IMG/VR virus record: IMGVR_UViG_3300005841_000939
DNA length: 64,000 nucleotides
Origin: a virus
Lineage: Duplodnaviria; Caudoviricetes
Direction: 5' to 3' (one strand)
Position 1 is the first letter of the stretch; every line of letters begins with the position of its first letter. Below are positions 56,650 through 64,000 of this stretch, one piece after another. Position numbers and translations under genes: made by a program. The notes beneath the pieces were generated by a model. The model was not told the DNA's origin. It saw nothing but the letters and a program-made list of their open reading frames with translations, and did no database searches.

Positions 56650-57398
56650 TGTACGATATTGACGCAATTACGATCCGTAAAGCTGCTGAAAAAGCCTGTG
56701 GTGAAGGGACTCAAGTTTCTCATCCAATCTATGTTGCGGATGATCATGTTCTTGTAAACGTGACACCAAAGCAAAGCAGAAGTTTTCGAGGCAAGTTTTA
56801 TTTTAAGCTTGGCTCATTTGATCACAAAGAAATACCTGTCCAGGAAACAACCATGTCTGAACTCCCTGATAATGCTGAAATCCTCTATCATGGCAAATGG
56901 TTGCTACTTGGCAAAATTGGTCATTATGAATTCATGCATCGTCATCGCAAGCCAAAGGCAGTGATGATCGTTGCAATTACGACTGACAACCATCTGATCC
57001 TGACTGTTCAGAAGCGGGTTCCCCATAAACTTCCAGTGGTTGAAATTCCTGCTGGCTTGGTTGATGATGGTGAGACATATGAAGATACTGCGGCAAGAGA
57101 ATTGCTTGAGGAGTGTGGATACAAAGGTAATAATCCAATCATCACCCGCGAAATTAGTACAACTCCTGGCATTTGCACAGAGACAATTCCCTTCGCTATC
57201 ATCACTGATTGCGTAAAAGTTGGCGAAGGTGGCGGTTTGGAAGAAGAAGGTGAAAACATCACCACTGAACTATTGAATATTGAAGAAAGCCCATTCTATC
57301 CAATGAACGACTTGGGAAGAAGATTTCCGAGTGATAAGTTTTTGCTGGATATGAAACTTTATGCTGGGCTTTTCGTCGCATATATTCACAAAAAATGA
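56649..57398 (+). CDS. ADP-ribose pyrophosphatase-type Nudix hydrolase with 68-aa N-terminal extension
   Basis: AVMIVA, Q.R.P, VEIPAGLVDDGETYEDTAARELLEECGY, GGG..EEGENI. Confidence 0.85.
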   Translation: MYDIDAITIRKAAEKACGEGTQVSHPIYVADDHVLVNVTPKQSRSFRGKFYFKLGSFDHKEIPVQETTMSELPDNAEILYHGKWLLLGKIGHYEFMHRHRKPKAVMIVAITTDNHLILTVQKRVPHKLPVVEIPAGLVDDGETYEDTAARELLEECGYKGNNPIITREISTTPGICTETIPFAIITDCVKVGEGGGLEEEGENITTELLNIEESPFYPMNDLGRRFPSDKFLLDMKLYAGLFVAYIHKK

Positions 57399-57399
57399 C

Positions 57400-57879
57400 A
57401 TGAATTATCATAACGATCTTTGTAAATTCCATGGAAAATTTACAGAGTTGATTCCTGCAGGTTGGAAGTTTCAAAAACTTTTTGCTAGCAATTATAGACA
57501 ATATTCTTTTGAGGTAACTCCGTACGAATATATCCGAGTTTGGCAAGCACATGGAGGATATATTGAAATTCGTGATTTCTATAGTGCAACTAAACAAATT
57601 GTTGAAGCTGTACTATTAAACAACTTTCAATGGCATACTTACGCTGGTCTAGATTCATATGGTTTCACAATTGATCGTGAAACTGGAAAAATTATTCCTC
57701 AATTACCAGAACATGATGCTATGCATGTCGTTTGGACTGCTGAAAAGGCCGGAAAATCAGCAGATGAAATAGGAACTCTGGTGGATGCAACTTATAAGAA
57801 ATATAGCAAGGCACGAATTGATGGTAATATGATTAATGCTATCAAAGACTTAGCAAATAGAGGTTGGATAAAAGTTTGA
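57400..57879 (+). CDS. Hypothetical protein
   Basis: GWKFQKLFASNY. Confidence 0.7.
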   Translation: MNYHNDLCKFHGKFTELIPAGWKFQKLFASNYRQYSFEVTPYEYIRVWQAHGGYIEIRDFYSATKQIVEAVLLNNFQWHTYAGLDSYGFTIDRETGKIIPQLPEHDAMHVVWTAEKAGKSADEIGTLVDATYKKYSKARIDGNMINAIKDLANRGWIKV

Positions 57880-57903
57880 TTTAAATTGGTTTTGTAATAA
57901 GAT
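57876..57903 (+). promoter_or_regulatory. Promoter-like TTGATT-N16-TAAGAT
   Basis: Gap before the arginase gene. Confidence 0.45.
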
Positions 57904-57917
57904 AAATATATACACCA

Positions 57918-58736
57918 ATGAAAATAATCGGCGCTGACTACGAATGTGGACAAAAGATAAAAGGCGTTGGTGAGGCTTTCAATAAGCTACGATCTTATTT
58001 GTTAACTAGAACTTCCAATTTGCATTTACTTGAGAAAGATCCTGATCAAACATCAGGATCTTTTTTATTATCCTTGCATAACTTGATAAAAGATAATCTG
58101 AATGATTTTGTATTAAACATTGGCGGCGATCACACTATTGGTTGTGCAACTGCGTCAGCAACCAAGCGCATTTACCCGAAGACATCATTGATTTGGATTG
58201 ATGCTCATGGCGACTTCAACAATTTTAAATCGTCATTAACTAAAAGTATGCATGGAATGCCATTGAATGCTTTGCGTTTTGGTTCAGCAACATTTGCAGA
58301 AGAAAAAGATTTTGATTGGCTAGGATACGGTTTATATAGTAGCCCTGAAATATGCATAATTGGATTAAGAGACGTTGATCCTGAAGAATTAGAAATGCTT
58401 AAAACTTTTGGCATTGCATATTTTGGAATGTTTGAAATAAAATCATTAGGAATAGAAAAAATTGCGCAAATGGCCCTTGAAGCGGTAGATCCCTGGAACA
58501 CGGGAACATACCATATTTCATGTGATGTTGATTCCATGTCATGGGACGAATTTCCTGCAACTGGTTGCATTACTCCTGGAGGTCTAACAGTGAGCGAATT
58601 CAAGCAACTCATAAGTCTTTTCCAGAAAACAGGTAAGGTTAAAGCTATAGATTTAGTAGAATATAACCCTATGCTGGATAAAGAAAACACTTGCTATGAA
58701 AAAATGTGTAACATAATCGCCACCATCACCCAATGA
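57918..58736 (+). CDS. Arginase-family ureohydrolase
   Basis: GGDHT, WIDAHGD, HGMPL, IGLRDVD, DVD, PGGL, DLVEYNP; Mn ligands intact. Confidence 0.92.
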   Translation: MKIIGADYECGQKIKGVGEAFNKLRSYLLTRTSNLHLLEKDPDQTSGSFLLSLHNLIKDNLNDFVLNIGGDHTIGCATASATKRIYPKTSLIWIDAHGDFNNFKSSLTKSMHGMPLNALRFGSATFAEEKDFDWLGYGLYSSPEICIIGLRDVDPEELEMLKTFGIAYFGMFEIKSLGIEKIAQMALEAVDPWNTGTYHISCDVDSMSWDEFPATGCITPGGLTVSEFKQLISLFQKTGKVKAIDLVEYNPMLDKENTCYEKMCNIIATITQ

Positions 58737-58749
58737 TGGAGACCTTATT

Positions 58750-59172
58750 ATGAGCAGCAACCACGGTGCTGACACTGCCCGCGTTATGGATGACATGCGT
58801 CGTCAAACCAAGAAGAAGCAAGCCAAGAAGACCGTGATCGCCGGCAAGGCTGAATTGGAAGATGTCCGTCTTCCTACGACTCTCAATGCCAAGTTCGGCG
58901 GTGCGACTGCTGCAAGCATCGCTGAATTCTTCAAGGAAAATCCTTCCCAAATGATCACGACGGACGATATCCGTCAACGTTTCGTGAAGGGTGAAACCAT
59001 CTACGTCGAAGGTACCGACGACTTCCTGCCAACTCTCAAGGGTACGGTCATCGCTATCACCAAGGATGGCATCGATTCTCCTCTCACTCTCTACCAGGTC
59101 AACGTCTGGCTTGGTGGTGGTTTCGGTCTGATCTTCAACAAGGATCGGTACGGAAAAGTCTACATCTACTAA
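58750..59172 (+). CDS. Hypothetical protein with strongly biased (C-ending) codons
   Basis: GGAG RBS; basic N-terminus and beta-rich C-terminus. Confidence 0.8.
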   Translation: MSSNHGADTARVMDDMRRQTKKKQAKKTVIAGKAELEDVRLPTTLNAKFGGATAASIAEFFKENPSQMITTDDIRQRFVKGETIYVEGTDDFLPTLKGTVIAITKDGIDSPLTLYQVNVWLGGGFGLIFNKDRYGKVYIY

Positions 59173-59177
59173 GGAAT

Positions 59178-59253
59178 GCCCTCGTAGCTTAGCGGTCTAA
59201 AGCTCCGGATTCTAAACCCGGCATCGTGGGTTCGACTCCCACCGAGGGCACCA
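59178..59253 (+). tRNA. tRNA with CUA anticodon (amber suppressor-like), CCA encoded
   Basis: Acceptor GCCCTCG/CGAGGGC+A+CCA; D stem GCTT/AAGC; anticodon arm CCGGA-TTCTAAA-CCCGG (one A.C mismatch); T arm GTGGG-TTCGACT-CCCAC; 76 nt. Confidence 0.88.
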
Positions 59254-59274
59254 TATTTGCATAAATATGCTTAT

Positions 59275-60135
59275 ATGGTCTACAACATTCTTTCATTGAA
59301 CGGTGGTGGGACATCAGGTCTCATCACCGCTGTTATTTTATCACATCTTGAAGAAGAAACTGGTAAAAAATCTTCGGAACTATTTGACTTGATTGCGGGT
59401 ATATCAACTGGATCAATTATTGGCGGTTGTATTTCGCATGGAATGTCAGGCAAAGATGTTGTTGACATGTATAAAGAAATGATTCCAAAAATATTTGTCA
59501 AACCAGCTTATGCTTGGCAAATTTGGAAGCCAAAATATAATGCCGAAGTATTTGAAGATATTTTGATGCAATATTTGGATTATCCACTAAATCAAACAAG
59601 AACAAAATTTATGGCACATGCTGTGCAAATAAATGGTGAAAAGATTGCTACAAAGTTTTGGAAAAGTTGGCAAGATGATAATATCCGTACATGGCGAGTA
59701 GTGAGAGCATCTGCCGCAGCACCAACATATTTTGAGCCTGCTTGTATTGATGGAGACTATTATGTTGATGGTGCAGTTTGTGCAAATAACCCATCAACAT
59801 GCGCTTTGGCAGAAGCCGTTAAAATGGGACAAACTTTTGATAACACATATATTTTAAATTTAGCATGTACATCAAGTCCAGGTTATCAAGATGCTTCAAA
59901 GATAAAAGGTCTATGGCAATGGGGATTGCGCATTGCAACTATTTGGGTCAACACTTCTGATCCGTTAGTTGATTATCAATGCCAAGAATTCCTTGGTGAT
60001 AATTTCTATTCAGTTAATCCAAATTCCGCAAAAGCGGTAGACTTTCCTGATATTAATATCCTTATTGCTCTTGGCGATAAGCTATGGGCGCAGCATAAGA
60101 AAAATATCTTGAAAAACATTCAACATAAGCTATAA
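59275..60135 (+). CDS. Patatin-like phospholipase
   Basis: LSLNGGG..G, GISTG nucleophile elbow, ASAAAPTYF, DG...ANNP. Confidence 0.88.
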   Translation: MVYNILSLNGGGTSGLITAVILSHLEEETGKKSSELFDLIAGISTGSIIGGCISHGMSGKDVVDMYKEMIPKIFVKPAYAWQIWKPKYNAEVFEDILMQYLDYPLNQTRTKFMAHAVQINGEKIATKFWKSWQDDNIRTWRVVRASAAAPTYFEPACIDGDYYVDGAVCANNPSTCALAEAVKMGQTFDNTYILNLACTSSPGYQDASKIKGLWQWGLRIATIWVNTSDPLVDYQCQEFLGDNFYSVNPNSAKAVDFPDINILIALGDKLWAQHKKNILKNIQHKL

Positions 60136-60136
60136 T
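60109..60136 (+). promoter_or_regulatory. Promoter-like TTGAAA-N16-TATAAT
   Basis: Perfect -10 hexamer ahead of a long leader. Confidence 0.6.
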
Positions 60137-60151
60137 CACGGTATGAAGTAG

Positions 60152-60255
60152 ATCCATCAATATGAATATGGGTAGGTGCAAGCCCGAGCACCACCTTGTA
60201 TGAATGACACTTCACAGTTTCATTCACCCAACATACAAGGAAAATCCCATGGATT
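60152..60255 (+). promoter_or_regulatory. Structured 5' leader with RBS-sequestering stem
   Basis: CCTTGTATG (60194-202) pairs with CATACAAGG (60232-240), which contains the AAGG of the RBS; hairpin GGTAGGTGC/GCACCACC. Confidence 0.45.
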
Positions 60256-60689
60256 ACAACATCAATTACAAGGAAGCTATTCGCTTCCTCAAGAAGCTTC
60301 TTAAAAACGATGCCGACATCGTTCGTGAAGCAAACAAGACCATTCAAAAGAATCAACGTATCCTTTCAGCCTGCATAAAGGCAGATCCTGAAAAGGCCAA
60401 GAAAGAACCTTTCTCTGCATATAAATCTGCGGAAGAAAAGTTTATAAAATTTGACAAGACGTGCGAGGTTTACACGTTCTTTAGTTATTGGGACTGTTCA
60501 CATCCTCATTCTGGTTTGACAATTGCGCATGTGCTTTATAATCAGTTAAGAAATAAAAAGGCACATACACACGATGATCAAATTATCATTGCTACCTCGG
60601 CTTATCAAAAACTTGTGGACGGATTGGAAAAACTCTTCCCGGTACTGGAAGATAATTCTGAGTCAGCCAACACCAGTTGCCCCACCTAA
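60249..60689 (+). CDS. Hypothetical protein
   Basis: AAGGA RBS; likely start MDYNINYKE. Confidence 0.7.
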   Translation: MDYNINYKEAIRFLKKLLKNDADIVREANKTIQKNQRILSACIKADPEKAKKEPFSAYKSAEEKFIKFDKTCEVYTFFSYWDCSHPHSGLTIAHVLYNQLRNKKAHTHDDQIIIATSAYQKLVDGLEKLFPVLEDNSESANTSCPT

Positions 60690-60705
60690 CGAAGATAATA
60701 CGAAC

Positions 60706-61032
60706 ATGCTTAAATGTTTTGTTATTATCCGTAAGGATATCCTATCAGCGGTTCAATGTGGTGTGCAAGGTGCACACGCATTGGCCGAACTGGTGTCAAT
60801 CAAAGATGAAATTCCTGCTGTAGATGATTGGGTCAAGCATCACAAGACCCTGATTTTCTTGGCAGGTACTGATGAAGATTTTGCAAATGCAAAAGTGCTT
60901 TATCATCGGCATGGATTAAAGTATGCTGATTTCCTTGAGCCCGATCTTGGAAATATTATCACAGCAACGGCTTTTGAGCCGATTGATCGTGAACTCGGCA
61001 AGAAAATCTTCGGACATTTGAAGCTCATATGA
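60706..61032 (+). CDS. PTH2-like protein (divergent)
   Basis: CFVIIRKDI...VQGAHALAE, W...HKTLI, FLEPDL...TATAFEP, FGHLKLI. Confidence 0.7.
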   Translation: MLKCFVIIRKDILSAVQCGVQGAHALAELVSIKDEIPAVDDWVKHHKTLIFLAGTDEDFANAKVLYHRHGLKYADFLEPDLGNIITATAFEPIDRELGKKIFGHLKLI

Positions 61033-61391
61033 GTTTCCTATGGTTCTTGTTCCTGGGAGTATTCTATTGGGTACTCTCAGGAACGTTTGTATTTTTTATT
61101 CATCATTATTTGTATTTTAGGGGAATGCGAAATAACATTCACCTATACATGGTAAGTAAAAATGAAGGACGAGAAAAAATTGCAATAACCTTAATGAAGT
61201 TGCTTGAAATTTCAACCATTGAACAGTTATACGATAAGAAAACCTCTATGGCCTCAGCAGAGGTTGTTTTCCTGAGTATAGCATTGATCTTTGGACCCTT
61301 TAAAATTATTGACTTTGCACAAGATGTGATATTCTTTTCGTTTAAGTGGAGACCTACAGATGATACCAGCAATAGAAATCAAGAAAATTGA
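61029..61391 (+). CDS. Hypothetical membrane protein
   Basis: Hydrophobic N-terminal and internal segments. Confidence 0.6.
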   Translation: MSFLWFLFLGVFYWVLSGTFVFFIHHYLYFRGMRNNIHLYMVSKNEGREKIAITLMKLLEISTIEQLYDKKTSMASAEVVFLSIALIFGPFKIIDFAQDVIFFSFKWRPTDDTSNRNQEN

Positions 61392-63282
61392 AGGTAAACT
61401 TGATGATGCGTTGGCACTCTATACGAATTTTGGTGACAGCGGAATAAGTGACGCAGAATATGACAGTCTTATTGATAGACTTCGTGTTTTAGATCCGAAG
61501 AATAAACGTCTCAAATCAGTTGGTGCTGATGTACCAGATGATTCCAAATGGGAAAAATACATTCATGCTGAATATCCTTTGGGTTCTCAGAGCAAAGTCG
61601 TCAATTTTCCTGATTTGAAGGCGTGGTCACAAAAGTTTCCTGGAAGTGAATATGCGATAGAACATAAATTGGATGGTTCATCGCTCAAGATGATTTACGA
61701 AAATGGAAAATTTACAAAAGGTATAACGCGTGGCAAAAATAAAATTGGTGAAGACATTACAAGAAATGTCCTCAAAATGCAAGGTGTCCCTAAAACGATC
61801 AGCGAAAAACGCAGGGTCATCGTTCGTTCGGAAACTCTCCTCTATAAATCCAAACTGGATAAGGTAGGCGGAAAGAATACCCGAAATACTTCGGTAGGAA
61901 CTGCCAAGCGTCATGATGGTGTAGGATGCAATCATTTAAATGTGGTTGCATACAATATCATGAATTGGAAAGAGCTTGGAATAAAAACCCATGCTGAAAT
62001 GGTAAAGACCCTAAAAGATTGGGGATTCACGACTGTATCATTTCAAGGTCCGTTTAAAACAATTGAAGAAGTTGAAAAGGTCAAAATTGAATGGGAAACC
62101 AATACCCGTAAAAATCTTGATTGGGATATTGACGGATTAGTGATTGTGGTTAATGCCCTGGCAGATGATGCGTGGGATTATCCAACCAGGGCAATTGCTT
62201 ATAAATTTGCATCTGAGGAAGCTGTAACAAAACTACTCGCAGTTGAATGGCGTGATACTGGCGGCAGAATTGCACCAAGGGCAATTCTTGAACCTGTCAA
62301 TATTGGTGGTGTTACTGTCACGCATGCCACCCTCAATAATGTTGATTTCATTAAAGAGAAGGGTGTGAAAATTAATGACCTCGTTATTGTCAGTAGACGT
62401 AATGACGTTATTCCTGCCGTTGAAGGCGTATCAATTGCTGCTGACGATGGAATTGAAATTAAAGCTCCAACAAAAGATGCTGACGGGTTCCCAATCGTCT
62501 TTGAAACGAACGTTGATGGTGAACAACTCGTATACCTGATCAGCACAAATCCAAATAGCAAATCCAAGAAGATCAGGAAAATCCTCGCTTGGTATCGTGA
62601 ACATGACACCAAAGGACTCGCTGGTGAAACGATTGAGGCTATTCTTGAAGCAAAGTGCGCAGATGATCTTCCTTCGTTCTATGACGTGGGAATTAATGGC
62701 CATGACAACCTGATGAATGTTGATGGCTTTGGTGCTGGCAAGTACAAAGTATTGCAAAAAGCGACTCTTCTGACCAGCCATACAGATATTATCAGATTCT
62801 TTGGTGGATTAGATATTCAGGGATTTGGGTCACGTCGGTTTGAATCCATCCTCAATCATCTGAATAGAAAAATTACTGCTAAAGAATTCAAGGAAGTCTG
62901 TCTTGATGTTGCAACAATTGCATCAATTCCGAAGTTCGGAGATAATACTGCACGTACTTTGGCGCAGGGCATTAATGAAAATGATAAAATCATAACTGCA
63001 ATGTTGTCAAGGGTTAAGTGTGATGATTGGGAGCCCGCTAAAGTTGCAGCAGGTTCTAAAGTTGCAGGAAAGACATTCTGTTTTACTGGTTCACATTCAA
63101 TGGATCGGGATGAGCTTGAGAAGCTTGTTAAAAAACATGGTGGACTTATTGCTGGAGTTAGTAAGAATCTAGATTATCTTGTTTCACCAGACGGCTGGAC
63201 CAGCGGAAAAGTTGATAAAGCAAAAAAGCTGGGAACTGAGATAATAAACGAAGAAACGTTTCTAAATATACTTGGAGGGTGA
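61360..63282 (+). CDS. ligA: NAD-dependent DNA ligase
   Basis: ISDAEYD, EHKLDG, TRG..IGEDIT, DIDGLVI, AIAYKF, ATLNN, RRNDVIP, HhH repeats, C-terminal BRCT (FCFTGS...GVSKNLDYLV). Confidence 0.95.
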   Translation: MIPAIEIKKIEGKLDDALALYTNFGDSGISDAEYDSLIDRLRVLDPKNKRLKSVGADVPDDSKWEKYIHAEYPLGSQSKVVNFPDLKAWSQKFPGSEYAIEHKLDGSSLKMIYENGKFTKGITRGKNKIGEDITRNVLKMQGVPKTISEKRRVIVRSETLLYKSKLDKVGGKNTRNTSVGTAKRHDGVGCNHLNVVAYNIMNWKELGIKTHAEMVKTLKDWGFTTVSFQGPFKTIEEVEKVKIEWETNTRKNLDWDIDGLVIVVNALADDAWDYPTRAIAYKFASEEAVTKLLAVEWRDTGGRIAPRAILEPVNIGGVTVTHATLNNVDFIKEKGVKINDLVIVSRRNDVIPAVEGVSIAADDGIEIKAPTKDADGFPIVFETNVDGEQLVYLISTNPNSKSKKIRKILAWYREHDTKGLAGETIEAILEAKCADDLPSFYDVGINGHDNLMNVDGFGAGKYKVLQKATLLTSHTDIIRFFGGLDIQGFGSRRFESILNHLNRKITAKEFKEVCLDVATIASIPKFGDNTARTLAQGINENDKIITAMLSRVKCDDWEPAKVAAGSKVAGKTFCFTGSHSMDRDELEKLVKKHGGLIAGVSKNLDYLVSPDGWTSGKVDKAKKLGTEIINEETFLNILGG

Positions 63283-63288
63283 ATAAAA

Positions 63289-63585
63289 ATGTCCAGAACA
63301 AAGAAAACCGTGTCCCCATCGATTCCAAAAAAGTTGATTGCGGAAGAACCAGTCAGTAAAAGTATTGACACTCTCCACAAATACTTAGAATCATGTCCAT
63401 CGCGCAAAGATACTTTCAACTTTGATAATTCAAATGATGCGTATGCTTTCGGTAAGAAGTTACGTGCAATTGCAGTCAAAGAAGAAGGTGTTCAGCATGA
63501 AGAACAATTGGAAAAGTTTGACGTTGAAATCAACTATACAATCGTTCGTCTCAAGTTCAAAGTGATTGAATTAGCCACTGTTTGA
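63289..63585 (+). CDS. Hypothetical protein
   Basis: GGAGG RBS. Confidence 0.7.
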   Translation: MSRTKKTVSPSIPKKLIAEEPVSKSIDTLHKYLESCPSRKDTFNFDNSNDAYAFGKKLRAIAVKEEGVQHEEQLEKFDVEINYTIVRLKFKVIELATV

Positions 63586-63640
63586 ATCTTGATTTTATTT
63601 CTGCTAATTCAAAACCTTATATTAAAATAAGGCGGTAGTT

Positions 63641-64000
63641 ATGTCGTCGTCAGTTTTCGTCAAAAAAGTGTCAGCAAAAGATGTCATCCAGAAAAAGGGT
63701 GACGGTTACATCAAAGAAAAGCGTGAAGCAATTGATGTTCTCGCAATTCTTGCAATTCCATATCCAGTCAATGGTGCGGATTATGCAATTCAGCTTCTCC
63801 ATCGGCATCTGAATCACAACTGTTTCATTACGGTTGTGGATCGTGTCTTCAAAGAAGATGATCAAGAGGTTGCGTATATCACTCTTGAAAAAGAGAAAAA
63901 GATTTTGGATGACAACAATCCAAGAATTGAAAAGTGGGAAGAAGTATACCAGATCAACATCCGCACTGGTAAGATTGCAAGAGTTAATTCGGCTTCCTGA
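63641..64000 (+). CDS. Hypothetical protein
   Basis: Complete ORF ending at the window edge. Confidence 0.7.
   Translation: MSSSVFVKKVSAKDVIQKKGDGYIKEKREAIDVLAILAIPYPVNGADYAIQLLHRHLNHNCFITVVDRVFKEDDQEVAYITLEKEKKILDDNNPRIEKWEEVYQINIRTGKIARVNSAS

Noticed and set aside
59178-59253. Reading the tRNA as Arg(UCU) or tRNA-Pyl
   Set aside because: Centering TCT breaks the anticodon-stem pairing, and there is no A20 Arg determinant. tRNA-Pyl hallmarks (6-bp anticodon stem, short D-loop without GG, no TTC) are absent.
59275-60135. CBASS system around the patatin
   Set aside because: No CD-NTase, E1/E2/JAB or HORMA genes nearby.
3655-60706. Upstream-extended starts in the ORF track (3655, 7028, 10036, 12189, 23715, 42167, 49956, 53563, 56619, 60204, 60574)
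   Set aside because: Downstream ATGs with an RBS or stop-start coupling fit better, so coordinates were adjusted.
1978-63479. Many antisense or alternate-frame ORFs in the track (e.g. 1978-2400, 40667-41092, 53680-54240, 55029-55583, 58205-58690, 62199-62612)
   Set aside because: They lie within well-supported genes, lack RBSs and recognisable motifs, and are shadow frames.
1-64000. Whole-window translation in code 15 or code 4
   Set aside because: Conserved genes are full length under code 11 and TGA/TAA stops couple cleanly to downstream starts, so no global recoding is needed here.

Overview
A 64-kb segment of an AT-rich, densely packed jumbo/large dsDNA bacteriophage genome with a T4-like replisome. 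No structural genes, CRISPR array or transposon were seen. (1) 1-9.2 kb, replication operon: topoisomerase II large subunit (5'-truncated by the window), sliding clamp, two clamp-loader subunits, RegA, primase, a QueE-like radical-SAM enzyme and the topoisomerase II small subunit. (2) 9.2-21.9 kb, glycan island: eight plus-strand glycosyltransferase-like genes (GT2-like, GT29-like, four GT7-like, GT10-like, one unassigned) and an FkbM methyltransferase, facing a minus-strand operon (gmd, fcl/colC, O-methyltransferase, GT-like, colD, uxs). (3) 22-64 kb, accessory region: QueC-like, NADAR, SLOG, Nudix, HNH, three PTH2-like genes, ThyA, HDAC-family deacetylase, phosphoesterases, two RNA-ligase-like genes, a (p)ppGpp-hydrolase-like HD protein, a GT71-NodZ-like fusion, UvsE, Thg1, a pncB-nadE-ADP-ribose pyrophosphatase module, arginase, patatin, NAD-dependent DNA ligase and many small hypothetical ORFs. 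Highlights: a tRNA whose anticodon reads CUA (amber suppressor-like) while TAG is almost unused as a stop; the glycan island; a Preiss-Handler-type NAD module; and recurring promoter-like elements with a 16-nt spacer. All family calls are from motif recognition by eye. No database search was run.
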